From a virus (lineage: Duplodnaviria > Heunggongvirae > Uroviricota > Caudoviricetes), in IMG/VR virus record IMGVR_UViG_3300024348_000013, positions 1 through 46,676 of that record: 46,676 bases of DNA; one strand, given 5' to 3'. Below, piece by piece: positions 27,299-37,463 of the stretch. The translations under genes were made by a program, and so were the position numbers. The number at the start of each line of letters is the position of its first letter. The stretch's first letter is position 1. A model generated the notes under the pieces. That model did not search any database and was not told where the DNA came from. It worked only from the letters and a program-made list of their open reading frames with translations.

Positions 27299-28762
27299 TT
27301 AACAATGAACATTAATCATTTTGTGTTTTTCAAATATTGTTGTTGTACTAATATATGTGTAATCCATATTATTAATACCATCTTTTTTATAATCAATCAA
27401 ACCTTGCTGCATTTGTAGAACATACCTTCTTTCGTTTCGTGCAGTAGTTGCTCCCTTTGCCCATTGTTCAATACCATTTACATTTATTAATCCTTCAGTT
27501 TGATGTGGTAAACATAAAAACTTACCATCTTTTCTATGTGGTAAAATAACATCAGGTATTATAATTTCTCTATCTTCAAATGTAACATTATTTATAAAAC
27601 CATCATTTAATTCTGATTGGTCTATTAAATATCCATTCTCAATATCGTCAAAATTATAATGTAAAGCCAATCCGTTTGTCGAATATTGCTTATGTAATAG
27701 TTCAACTTCAGCTCCTTCTAATGCCCTATTCCATATTTTTATATCTGCTAATTCACCTTTAAAAAATGCATTTGGTTCAAATCCAGCTACCGATGGGGTG
27801 TGTCCTATATAAAATGGTTCACTACCATATCTTTTTAAATCATGCTCATATCTTATTGGAGATTGTGTTCCCATGCCATTTCTGGCATTACTTTCTCTAC
27901 CATTGATATACAAATGCATCTTTTTTCTTTTTGAATCTACTACCATAGTAATCCAACTCCATTCATTTTCGTATCGCTTAACCCATTGGTATATTGGTTC
28001 TCTATGTGAATTCCATAACATACCTGTATATGCTCTACTATTATTAAAAGATATTCCCCAATCAAATCCTGGCTTTCGTATGATTGGATATTCTACAAAT
28101 TTTCTATCAGAATCTCCTATCAACCATATTGGTGCTTTTTCTATTTGCTGGTCAGCTTTTACTAAAACCGATACAGTATGACAAGCTCCAACTGATAATC
28201 TTAATTTATCATCTTTTTGATTTGGAATTTTAATACATGAATTAGTACCATTGAATATTCCTACTCTTTTTGTTTTTCCATAAGATAAATTTTGCCTATC
28301 AACCATTCCTTCTTGAATACATCTCCAAAACAAATCATCATCTTCCATGCCCCAATCCCAATAATCATTTGAGTAACCATTGGTAGCATCTACTTGCTCT
28401 TTAGTAAAGACAACTGCTCCGCCAAAGTATTCTTGATATTTTAAGTTATAATCGGATTGAGATATTCTAACTGCTATATGTTGTGGATTTTCTTCAGGAT
28501 ATGAATAATCGCAACTATCATCTTCTGGAACCATATCAATATCATGCCAAACTATATAATCACATCCATCTTCAAATGCATGTTTAGCAGCGATATTTTT
28601 CATCAACCCCCTATTAAATAATTTTTCATCACATTGGTGCGCAAGATACACAGTATGTTCTATTCCTCTATTAGTTAAAAATTCACTAATATGCGGAACA
28701 AATTTATTCATATGTTCTTCTCTATTCCTATATGGTACACAAACCCCTAACTTATGAGCCAT
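27299..28762 (-). CDS. GT7 (beta-1,4-galactosyltransferase family) glycosyltransferase with inserted LamG domain, paralog 1
   Basis: VPYRNR, FNRGLMKN, HDID, YFGG and NGYSNDYWDWGMEDDDL, then a ~240-aa beta-sandwich, then a GT7-like tail. Confidence 0.9.
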   Translation of the reverse strand: MAHKLGVCVPYRNREEHMNKFVPHISEFLTNRGIEHTVYLAHQCDEKLFNRGLMKNIAAKHAFEDGCDYIVWHDIDMVPEDDSCDYSYPEENPQHIAVRISQSDYNLKYQEYFGGAVVFTKEQVDATNGYSNDYWDWGMEDDDLFWRCIQEGMVDRQNLSYGKTKRVGIFNGTNSCIKIPNQKDDKLRLSVGACHTVSVLVKADQQIEKAPIWLIGDSDRKFVEYPIIRKPGFDWGISFNNSRAYTGMLWNSHREPIYQWVKRYENEWSWITMVVDSKRKKMHLYINGRESNARNGMGTQSPIRYEHDLKRYGSEPFYIGHTPSVAGFEPNAFFKGELADIKIWNRALEGAEVELLHKQYSTNGLALHYNFDDIENGYLIDQSELNDGFINNVTFEDREIIIPDVILPHRKDGKFLCLPHQTEGLINVNGIEQWAKGATTARNERRYVLQMQQGLIDYKKDGINNMDYTYISTTTIFEKHKMINVHC

Positions 28763-28773
28763 TCTATAACTTT

Positions 28774-30204
28774 TTATAATAAAACTGATATATGATGTAG
28801 GTGTCCAACACTTGCTTCACCAATTGGTTGATATAAGCAATTATTTAACCCATCCATATCAATATTGTATAATCCTTTTTTGATTTCGTTTAAAAATCTA
28901 AGTTGATTTATTCTTGTTTCTTTATGTACCCAACTAGCTCCGTTCCAACTATTTGGTTTATGTGAAAGTAATTTAAAAGTACTTTCTCTCCTATATGGTA
29001 CATTCATTTCTTGTCCTAACGTTTGATTTGCTTTTACAAAATGAGAATTATGTATATCGCCATCATTATTATTTCCAGATAAATCTAATATTTTACCATT
29101 TTTATAAAATTTAAAATCATAATATAATTTTAAATTATTGGATGATTTATATGCTCTAAAATTTTCTAAGTAAGAATTCTCTAAAGTGTTTTCTGCTAAT
29201 ACTTCAATTTCTCTTTCATTTAATTGTTTATCAAATACAGCAAATTCGGATATTATTCCAAAAAAATAGTTTTGATTTGTATCTCTTTCAGGAGAACCAA
29301 CACCTAAATAGAAAAATTCTGCATCAGAATAATTTCTAACACCATTTTTAATTTTAGTAGTTTCTATCAACTCACCATCTTTATATAAAGATATTTCTTT
29401 TGTTTCTGCACAATATGTTAAGCACATTTGTGTAAAATGATTTGTTAATATTTCTGAATTTATTGATGTGCATTTATCCGATGTATTCCATATATCAGCT
29501 TTATATCTTCTAAATGAATTATAGGAAATACTTGTATCATATCCAGGTATTGAGAATACAGTATATTCATCATATTCTTTTGTTGGATTTGAAACTATTT
29601 CATCAGGCTTAAAACTTATTAAAATACTTAAATCTTTTTCAAAATTTAATAGTTCTTTTTTTGGTATCTTAATATATGCATCCTTACCATTGAATGATAA
29701 TCCATATACTTTTTTTACTTCCTTTTTACCAATAATTTTTGTATCTAATAATATATTTTTTTGAGCTATTCTAAATAATAAATCATCATCTTCAAATCCC
29801 CAGCCCCAATATAAATTAGAGTATCCATTTATTTTTTCAAAGATAGAATTGGATAACATAGTTACTCCGCCAAAATAATCATCAAATTGTAAATTTTTTG
29901 ATTTTTCATATTCTAATTCAAAATTAGTTGCTAAATGTAATGGTATTTCTGAAAATGAATAATCAACCTCAATTGGTATCATATCCACATCATGGAATAC
30001 AACGTAATCGCATCCAAGTGATTTAGCTTTAAGATATCCTATATTTAATAATTTTCCTCTATTAAATGGTTTATCATCTGATTGTTCTACTACAACTATT
30101 TCAAAATCTATTTTTTTAGATTTTAAATAAGCAGTAGTTTCATCTGTAAACTTACTTAGATGTGATTCTCTATTTCTATATGGAACTATAACTCCTAATT
30201 TCAT
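28774..30204 (-). CDS. GT7 glycosyltransferase with inserted LamG domain, paralog 2
   Basis: VPYRNR, FNRGKLLNIG, FHDVD, YFGGV and INGYSNLYWGWGFEDDDL; insert contains ISLYKDG...FGIISEFAVFDKQL. Confidence 0.92.
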   Translation of the reverse strand: MKLGVIVPYRNRESHLSKFTDETTAYLKSKKIDFEIVVVEQSDDKPFNRGKLLNIGYLKAKSLGCDYVVFHDVDMIPIEVDYSFSEIPLHLATNFELEYEKSKNLQFDDYFGGVTMLSNSIFEKINGYSNLYWGWGFEDDDLLFRIAQKNILLDTKIIGKKEVKKVYGLSFNGKDAYIKIPKKELLNFEKDLSILISFKPDEIVSNPTKEYDEYTVFSIPGYDTSISYNSFRRYKADIWNTSDKCTSINSEILTNHFTQMCLTYCAETKEISLYKDGELIETTKIKNGVRNYSDAEFFYLGVGSPERDTNQNYFFGIISEFAVFDKQLNEREIEVLAENTLENSYLENFRAYKSSNNLKLYYDFKFYKNGKILDLSGNNNDGDIHNSHFVKANQTLGQEMNVPYRRESTFKLLSHKPNSWNGASWVHKETRINQLRFLNEIKKGLYNIDMDGLNNCLYQPIGEASVGHLHHISVLL

Positions 30205-30212
30205 AGTTTAAA

Positions 30213-30512
30213 TTAAACTGTTTCTATATCTTTTTTAGGTCTTACCTTTCTTGGTGGAGCTGGTTGCTCTGTTTGGGTTTCAGCTACATCGGTAGATGCA
30301 CTACTTCCGTTTTTCAAAATATTATGAAAATCGTATAAATACCATGCAATTCTTTCACCCCATTCTTTTTTATCAATTTCTTCAAACCATACAGTCAATG
30401 CATCTACTGAATTTGCGATTTTTTCTAATGCTTTTACTTTTCTAGTTTCAAGAACGATTGCTTCCAAATCTTGTGATGGAGTTGTTGTTTCTTCTAATTT
30501 TAATTTTGCCAT
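30213..30512 (-). CDS. Hypothetical protein
   Basis: 99-aa ORF packed between GT7 paralogs. Confidence 0.6.
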   Translation of the reverse strand: MAKLKLEETTTPSQDLEAIVLETRKVKALEKIANSVDALTVWFEEIDKKEWGERIAWYLYDFHNILKNGSSASTDVAETQTEQPAPPRKVRPKKDIETV

Positions 30513-30517
30513 TTTTG

Positions 30518-31969
30518 TTATATTTTAATTGAGTGTAAGAAAATGTTATCTTTTATTTGTTCTGTTTTATATAAATCGTAAGATAATGTATTTAGTCCAA
30601 AATTTTTGGTATTTAATGTTTTATTAGCTATTTCATAGAAAAATATAGTTTCATTTTCTACAAAATTACCATCTCTATCATTCCAACTATAATTGTTTAA
30701 TTTTTCAAATTTATCAGCTCCTTCCATTAATTCAAATCTACCCGCACATTGTTCAGGCATATTTGTTTCATATGAAAGTGTTATATCTTCTGAAAATATT
30801 GGTTGATGTAAACCCGTAGATATTAATCTAGCATGCGATTTTGATTTAGATTCATCTACATAAAAATCACCAAATTTCTTTGTAAATGGTATATCAATTA
30901 TTGCATCAAAATTTGTATTAATTGTATCATCAGTTTTATATCCATCTATATATAATTTTTCAATCTCCGAATCATTTAATGGATAATCAAAACATAATAA
31001 ATTTGATATTTTTCCTTTGAATGCATCTTTGAATGCCATACTACCAATCCAAACATCTTTTCCTCTATAATCTTTCAACATATTAGGTAAATCACAGCTT
31101 TTAACCGGTTTACCATCTATATACAAAGTTGCTTTAGCTTTATCCATATCAACTTTTAATGAAAGATTTACCCATTGATTACTATGATTTTTATGTGGAT
31201 ACCATATGTTAAATAATTCATTTGTATCGCTCCAAAGTTGAACACATATTGCTTCATTTTTCATAACAAAAATACCCATATCATATCCTTGTTTACCAAT
31301 GATACACCCATCCTGCGATTGTTCATCATCTATCCAAATATTCATAGAAATTGTAAAAGAATCTTCAAAAAGGTAATCAGTTTTTTTATTTGATTTTATA
31401 AATGCACAATTGTCTGTGTTAGCTACAAATGGATATACTGTTTTTTTACTAAATTTTGTAACTTCATCGGTATCAACTAAACGATGTGGTTTGTATATGT
31501 CTTTTGTATAAAATCTTTTTATTGGTAATAAATTATACTGATTCAATCTAAATAAAAAATCTTCCCAATGAAATATTCCACCCCAATAATCATTACTAAA
31601 TCCATTTGCTTTAATAAAATCCTCTTTGGATATTTTAAAAGCTCCGCCAATCCAATTTGCATATGGCTTTAAATTACTACATAAATGAGTTGGATAATGT
31701 GAGTATGTATAATCGCAAATATCTTGCTTAGGTAATACATCTATATCGTGAAACACATAATAATCTGAATTTTCTGCTGTGATATCAACTCCTATATTAC
31801 ATAGTTTACCATAGTTAAAATAAACATCGGCATCTTTTTGTTCAATAAAATGAATTTGATAATCTACCTTATCTTTGAGAAAGTACTCCATGTGTCCTAC
31901 GAATGTGTAGAGTTGCTCCTTCCTATCGGAATACGGAACTATAATAGATAACTTTTTATGTTCTGACAT
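30518..31969 (-). CDS. GT7-like glycosyltransferase with inserted LamG domain, paralog 3 (degenerate catalytic motif)
   Basis: VPYSDR, FNYGKLCNIG, FHDID and ANGFSNDYWGGIFHWED; insert contains FTISMNIW, LYIDG and FKGKISNL. Confidence 0.85.
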   Translation of the reverse strand: MSEHKKLSIIVPYSDRKEQLYTFVGHMEYFLKDKVDYQIHFIEQKDADVYFNYGKLCNIGVDITAENSDYYVFHDIDVLPKQDICDYTYSHYPTHLCSNLKPYANWIGGAFKISKEDFIKANGFSNDYWGGIFHWEDFLFRLNQYNLLPIKRFYTKDIYKPHRLVDTDEVTKFSKKTVYPFVANTDNCAFIKSNKKTDYLFEDSFTISMNIWIDDEQSQDGCIIGKQGYDMGIFVMKNEAICVQLWSDTNELFNIWYPHKNHSNQWVNLSLKVDMDKAKATLYIDGKPVKSCDLPNMLKDYRGKDVWIGSMAFKDAFKGKISNLLCFDYPLNDSEIEKLYIDGYKTDDTINTNFDAIIDIPFTKKFGDFYVDESKSKSHARLISTGLHQPIFSEDITLSYETNMPEQCAGRFELMEGADKFEKLNNYSWNDRDGNFVENETIFFYEIANKTLNTKNFGLNTLSYDLYKTEQIKDNIFLHSIKI

Positions 31970-31977
31970 ATAACCTT

Positions 31978-32841
31978 TTATATAGATATTATTTTATTAA
32001 ATAATTTACTCCAATTTTTATAATTTTCAAAATTTGCTGTTGGGCAGTATTCGAACACATATTCTATATCAGTTGTATCTAATTTAAAATTTGTACTTTT
32101 TAATGATTGATACATTTTTAAATATTCAGTAGAATATGCATATTCTTTACGAATATCTGCTACTTTTTTAATTCTATCACCTACCGTCTTATCCCATTTA
32201 AAATGATGAACTTGTACACTATATTTATTAGTTGGTGCAATTTGTGGATGATTCCAACCCTGCCATCTCCAAGTTGTTTGTCCATTTATTTTTGCATAAT
32301 GCTGGCCTGGAGTTATTTCTACATTTCCTTTCATTATACAAACTTTATTTGGACAGGCTGAACTCATTGGTGTTCTAAAAAATCCAGCCATTGGGAATTG
32401 ACTGAATATACTTTCTTTTTCAGATATTGGTTTTATTTCTGCAAACTTACCATCTGGTCCAATTCTATCTATAAACCCACCTCTAACTAAATCCCATCCA
32501 TTTAATTCACAATCTGAAATTATCTCTTGTAATGGTTTAGGATACACATGAAATTCATCATCATCTGAAACTACCCACCAATCGTTAGGATATAAACTTT
32601 TAATTTCATTGTATATAGCAGTAACTGTTTCCCAATTGTATTCTTGGTCATCTTCATGCTTATATAAAAAAACTTTTTGTTTAAATTTATCAGTAATAGC
32701 TTTTACGTTTGCATGCTGTCCATTATTTGTATCATATGCAACCACATAAATTTCATCTACCAAATCATAATAATGGTTTAGCATGTATTCTAAAGTGTCT
32801 GTTCTGCTGCCTGTTACCGTAACCAATCGTATTTTATTCAT
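31978..32841 (-). CDS. GT-A fold glycosyltransferase (GT2/GT92-like)
   Basis: MLNHYYDLVDEIYV, WWVVSDDDEF (DxD), NKVCIMK and VHHFKW. Confidence 0.75.
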   Translation of the reverse strand: MNKIRLVTVTGSRTDTLEYMLNHYYDLVDEIYVVAYDTNNGQHANVKAITDKFKQKVFLYKHEDDQEYNWETVTAIYNEIKSLYPNDWWVVSDDDEFHVYPKPLQEIISDCELNGWDLVRGGFIDRIGPDGKFAEIKPISEKESIFSQFPMAGFFRTPMSSACPNKVCIMKGNVEITPGQHYAKINGQTTWRWQGWNHPQIAPTNKYSVQVHHFKWDKTVGDRIKKVADIRKEYAYSTEYLKMYQSLKSTNFKLDTTDIEYVFEYCPTANFENYKNWSKLFNKIISI

Positions 32842-32845
32842 TATT

Positions 32846-33604
32846 CTATTTTCTAGTTAGTATTGTAAATCCGGTTGTAGATGTTATTTTATCAAACATA
32901 CGAAAATTATTTAACTTTACCAAATTCCAATCAATATTTTTTTCTAAATCTTTAATAAATTTTGCCGGGCCGTCAAATGAGACAAAATCTTTTTTAGCAT
33001 TTTCCGTTACAACAAATGTATTATGGTAGTTTTGGTCCGTATCGTGTATCGTTATAATCCCATTTTCAGACATTATAGTTGAGTATAATTCAAAATCTTT
33101 TTTAACTCCTTCATATGAATGGTCACCATCGATATGTAAGTAATCTATTTTAATATCCTGTCTTACAAAATAATCATAGAAAGCCTTTTCAGATGTTTCT
33201 AATATAACTTGCGGGTCAAAATGTTTTCTTAAAAAACTATTTTCTTCAGTCCAATCTGTAAATCCACCCACACCATTCGCAGCATCTATAATCAATGTAG
33301 TTCCAATATCTCCCCACTCCGTAGAATTATTTCCTTCAAATATTTTTTGTTCCCATAAATCTTTACGAGCTTGTGTCATAAGACGTGGAATGAATCCTCC
33401 TCCTGAACCAATGCATACACAGGTTTTTGCTCTATTAAATAATATGAGAGAATATACCAATAACCCATCACCTAAGTGTAAATCGGTTGCACCATGTGTC
33501 CAACGATACTTAACTGGTTCTAATATTAATTTACCAGTTGATTCATCGATTGTATGATTATTACATAAGTAATCTTTTATCAATTGCTTATTTAGTAACT
33601 CCAT
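32846..33604 (-). CDS. Class I SAM-dependent methyltransferase (Methyltransf_24-like, probably a sugar O-methyltransferase)
   Basis: CVCIGSGGG and IDYLHIDGDHSYEGVKKDF...GIITIHDT. Confidence 0.88.
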   Translation of the reverse strand: MELLNKQLIKDYLCNNHTIDESTGKLILEPVKYRWTHGATDLHLGDGLLVYSLILFNRAKTCVCIGSGGGFIPRLMTQARKDLWEQKIFEGNNSTEWGDIGTTLIIDAANGVGGFTDWTEENSFLRKHFDPQVILETSEKAFYDYFVRQDIKIDYLHIDGDHSYEGVKKDFELYSTIMSENGIITIHDTDQNYHNTFVVTENAKKDFVSFDGPAKFIKDLEKNIDWNLVKLNNFRMFDKITSTTGFTILTRK

Positions 33605-34427
33605 TTATTTCATTTTTTAATTTATCCCATAAAAATTCTTCGAAAAATCGTTGGTGTTGTTCGGATGATGGGTGATGATTTCCTCCTGATAGTATTTCAT
33701 TTTTATTTAAAAACCATTCTATAATACCACCACCAAATCCATGTATTTTTGTATTATCGGTAAAAATAAATTTTGTAAAATCTATTTTATCTATTAAATA
33801 TTTAATGTTATCTGTATCGTACCAAGATTCTTCTAATTTTTCTAATTTATCAAATATATTATTTATTTTTGAATTTGAATATTTTCCTTGTGTTAAATCA
33901 TTTCCGTTTTGCAATTCAACTAATTTAGATATACTGGCATCCATGCTAAATAAATTTCCAATTGTAATCATTTTATATGGCATATTGATAGAGTTTAAAT
34001 ATAACTGAGTATGGTATATATTTTCCAAAGTATCAATAACTGCACCATATAATGAGTAATATGTTTCATAGAATTTACTACCATATCCAAATGTGTCTGT
34101 ACCATTACTCATATAGTTTATTTTATTAATTCTTTCGGGGTGCATATTCATTCTTGGAAAATCACTTGCTCTATCTTCTGAAACAAATACGGGGTAGTCC
34201 CATCTATCAATTGTACTCCATTGAATTATAGCATAATCATATTTTTTAGCATTAAAATTATTATTTAAATGCCAAAATACTCTTCTAGAAATTAATTTAT
34301 TAGAAGAACCGCCTGCTGATACATTTCTAACAGTATCTACATCTTTAATTTTTTCAGTCAAATATGTTGACCAAGTATTATAATCACTATACTCCGATGT
34401 AAATGAACATCCACTTATTAAAATCAT
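33588..34427 (-). CDS. SGNH-hydrolase-like protein
   Basis: ILISGCSFT, NVSAGGSSN, IIQWS and NHHPS..QH correspond to SGNH blocks I, II, III and V. Confidence 0.6.
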   Translation of the reverse strand: MILISGCSFTSEYSDYNTWSTYLTEKIKDVDTVRNVSAGGSSNKLISRRVFWHLNNNFNAKKYDYAIIQWSTIDRWDYPVFVSEDRASDFPRMNMHPERINKINYMSNGTDTFGYGSKFYETYYSLYGAVIDTLENIYHTQLYLNSINMPYKMITIGNLFSMDASISKLVELQNGNDLTQGKYSNSKINNIFDKLEKLEESWYDTDNIKYLIDKIDFTKFIFTDNTKIHGFGGGIIEWFLNKNEILSGGNHHPSSEQHQRFFEEFLWDKLKNEINGVTK

Positions 34428-35767
34428 ATTAATTTATTTTTTTTATTTTCTTTTAAAAGTAAAAAATTTACATCATTCATAATTTTACAAAAATGATTAA
34501 TCATTTTTTCTTTATTGGATTTAATTATATCATATTTTTCAATATATAAATTCTTTAAAAATGTAATATTTTTGGTTTTTAAAGAATTTATAATCATGTC
34601 TATTTGCTCCAATTCATCTTTATCTTCTATTCCATTTAATCCGAATTCATTTAAAAATAAATCAATACCTAATTTTTTGTATTCGCTATATACTTTTTTA
34701 GAACCATAAATCATTGCAAATTTTTCAGCCAATATTGGTTTAATTGACTTTTCGGTAAAAAATCCATATTGTAAATCAAATATACAATGCGTTTCACCAA
34801 CAACTTCTACATATGATTTATTGAATTCTTTTTTTATAAAATAATTTCTTAAATGCTGATACAAAAAATCTGGTTCATTTGGTGTTATATTGATTTCACT
34901 TTTTATTTTTAATAATTTATCAAATGTTTCTTTATTAAAATACTTTAAATGATTTTTACTATGTTTTTTTGTATTATCAGTATGTAACAATTTTTGACTT
35001 GTAAATTTTTGATATTCTTCCCAAAATTGTTCATTTATATTATTTATACCATACTTTAATATATTAGCATCATTGGCTTCTAATAAAAATTTAACTCTAT
35101 GATATCTTGGTTTCAATGAAAGATGCGAATACATATATTCACGATTTATTAATCCATTTATATTTAAATTTTCAAATATTTTATCAAAATTAATATGATA
35201 ATTAAGCCTTGATGTTAAGGTATTTGGATATAAAATATCTCTCATTTGAGCTTCAGCTAATAAATGATATAAACAATAAAATGAATCATAATAAAAATTC
35301 TTTTTACCATCAAACAATTCATAATCTGAAATTTTTATATGGTTAAATTTAAAATCATATAAAAAATATTCTTCATAATCCTCATAATCAACTGCTTCTA
35401 AAAATGCAAAATTAAAGAAAACAGTTACATTTCTTTCAACATATATTTTTTCTAATTTTTCAAATATGTCTTTATGGTGACGCATTAATGGAAAATATAA
35501 TTCACTCCATAACTTTCTATCACATATGATTGTTAAATCATCTATTGGCGACGTATATAATGAATTTATATTTAATATGTTTTCTAAATTTGATAATTTA
35601 TCGAATACATTTTCAATATAATGTACTAATTCAAATGTTTCATTATTTGCTTCCAATGTAATTTTACTAATTAAATAATTTTCCATAATCTTATATGATT
35701 TAATTTTAGCCGTTGGGAATAAGCAATTTAATTCATATGTATTTGCAAGTAAATTTATGTATTTCAT
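34424..35767 (-). CDS. Putative glycosyltransferase (GT10-like C-terminus), paralog of 21598..23010
   Basis: SYVEVVGET...FFTEKSIKPI...AMIYG...YKKLG and upstream LSLKPRYHR. Confidence 0.5.
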   Translation of the reverse strand: MKYINLLANTYELNCLFPTAKIKSYKIMENYLISKITLEANNETFELVHYIENVFDKLSNLENILNINSLYTSPIDDLTIICDRKLWSELYFPLMRHHKDIFEKLEKIYVERNVTVFFNFAFLEAVDYEDYEEYFLYDFKFNHIKISDYELFDGKKNFYYDSFYCLYHLLAEAQMRDILYPNTLTSRLNYHINFDKIFENLNINGLINREYMYSHLSLKPRYHRVKFLLEANDANILKYGINNINEQFWEEYQKFTSQKLLHTDNTKKHSKNHLKYFNKETFDKLLKIKSEINITPNEPDFLYQHLRNYFIKKEFNKSYVEVVGETHCIFDLQYGFFTEKSIKPILAEKFAMIYGSKKVYSEYKKLGIDLFLNEFGLNGIEDKDELEQIDMIINSLKTKNITFLKNLYIEKYDIIKSNKEKMINHFCKIMNDVNFLLLKENKKNKLI

Positions 35768-36738
35768 ATAATATTAATTATGGAATTAATCCAATTTTGT
35801 TTGTTTGTATATTTTTCTAATCCTGCTTTTAATCTGTCGAATTGTTTTTTGTTTTTTTCAAATCCATCTTCTAATATTTTTATGTATTGATAATGAAATT
35901 GTTTTTTATTAATTGCCCTATATCGGTATTTAATATCTTTCATCCAACTACCATCTAATATTGGAAGTTTACCATTATCAATTGCGTCAAATATTGCATA
36001 TCCAAATGGTTCTTTGGTATATGCTCCATGAAATATTTGGAAATTCTTTTCAAAAAACTTATTATGAAAACGATAATCAAATTCTATAAATGTGTGTACT
36101 GATGCATTTATTTTACTACCTTCTAACATTCTCTTATAATCATATTTGTTACTAAATATAAATGCTGGTATACTATCTAAGTAGTGTGCATTTTTTCGGG
36201 TTTCGCATCTAGCTGCATATCCCACTCTATTACTAATTATTCCAAAAAATGGTTTGTTATGTTTCCATTCATAATAATTTGGAATAGTAATAGTATTTGG
36301 ATAGTAAGTATGTATCGTATCCGTTTCATATCCAATCCAAATAATATTTTGTGAATTATCTAATATTTCTTTTTGCCAATACCAATCTAAACGAGTCATT
36401 AGGTTTTCATATTCATCATTTAATCCTAACATATCAGGAATAAAAGCATGAACAAAGGTTGTGTGGGTTTTGTGAAGATACTTTTTGATTATAGGATTTG
36501 GTTTATAGGAATGATGTAAAAAAACAATCTTATCACACTCATCTAATATCCTATCAATTTCTTCATCGTTTCCAAAAGTGTAGATTGCATCTTTTTCTGG
36601 CAATAAAGGTCTACCATCAACTACAATTTTGTAATCTTCTGTAACTAATGGTAAAATGTTCTCTATAAAGTTATTACACCATATATCCGAACCTCCTATA
36701 ACATTTTTTCCGTAACCTGTTGTAATGAATACTATCAT
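35764..36738 (-). CDS. GT-B glycosyltransferase (GT4-like)
   Basis: N-terminal GGSDIW and C-terminal EPFGYAIFDAIDNGKLPI (ExFG motif). Confidence 0.78.
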   Translation of the reverse strand: MIVFITTGYGKNVIGGSDIWCNNFIENILPLVTEDYKIVVDGRPLLPEKDAIYTFGNDEEIDRILDECDKIVFLHHSYKPNPIIKKYLHKTHTTFVHAFIPDMLGLNDEYENLMTRLDWYWQKEILDNSQNIIWIGYETDTIHTYYPNTITIPNYYEWKHNKPFFGIISNRVGYAARCETRKNAHYLDSIPAFIFSNKYDYKRMLEGSKINASVHTFIEFDYRFHNKFFEKNFQIFHGAYTKEPFGYAIFDAIDNGKLPILDGSWMKDIKYRYRAINKKQFHYQYIKILEDGFEKNKKQFDRLKAGLEKYTNKQNWINSIINII

Positions 36739-37463
36739 AATTCATTTTTTATATAATTATCAACCATTTTGATAAAAAAGTTTTCGTATTTAATTCCACC
36801 ATAAAAATGTGAATAATCATTTGTAATTGATAATGGTTGTTCTTTTACACATTTAGAATCTAAAATACAACCTAATGAGTATTGTCCAATTATCATTGTA
36901 TCCAACCTTTTATGCAATCGTATGGGATATTTAGTAAAATACCAATCTTTTATTTGATAATAATATTTTAAGTATTCTGATTTTATATCATCATCAAAAA
37001 ACCCAAGAATACCTATGTTTATAGCCTTCTTGCAATCCGTTTTCCAATATGGGAATATATCAGCTATATTATGATTATTAAAATCTAATATTGATTTAGA
37101 ATAATAAAATTCTATTGCACTTTCCGAATCGTAGTTATGAAATACAACACCATTACTATGGTATTTTAATTTTTCATTTAAAAATATATCACCATCAATT
37201 ATAAAGGAATCTTTTCCAATTTTAGATAATGCTTCAAATTTTGCTTCACTCCAAAGATAGTTTTTATCTTTTTTTAAAAATTGAATATCATCAACAATAC
37301 CTCCTAATTTTGATGCACCATATTCATCAGTATATAAAATTATATTATGATATTGTTTAGCTAATTTAATAGATAATTCATAATTTTTTATTAATTTATC
37401 TAAATTAGATTTATCATAATCATATTTAAGTAAATTCGTATTAAGGCTGTATATTAGATTCAT
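36735..37463 (-). CDS. GT-A-like nucleotide-sugar transferase (DUF6734-like)
   Basis: IILYTDEYG, WSEAKFEAL, FIIDGDIFL (DxD) and NIGILG. Confidence 0.6.
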   Translation of the reverse strand: MNLIYSLNTNLLKYDYDKSNLDKLIKNYELSIKLAKQYHNIILYTDEYGASKLGGIVDDIQFLKKDKNYLWSEAKFEALSKIGKDSFIIDGDIFLNEKLKYHSNGVVFHNYDSESAIEFYYSKSILDFNNHNIADIFPYWKTDCKKAINIGILGFFDDDIKSEYLKYYYQIKDWYFTKYPIRLHKRLDTMIIGQYSLGCILDSKCVKEQPLSITNDYSHFYGGIKYENFFIKMVDNYIKNEL

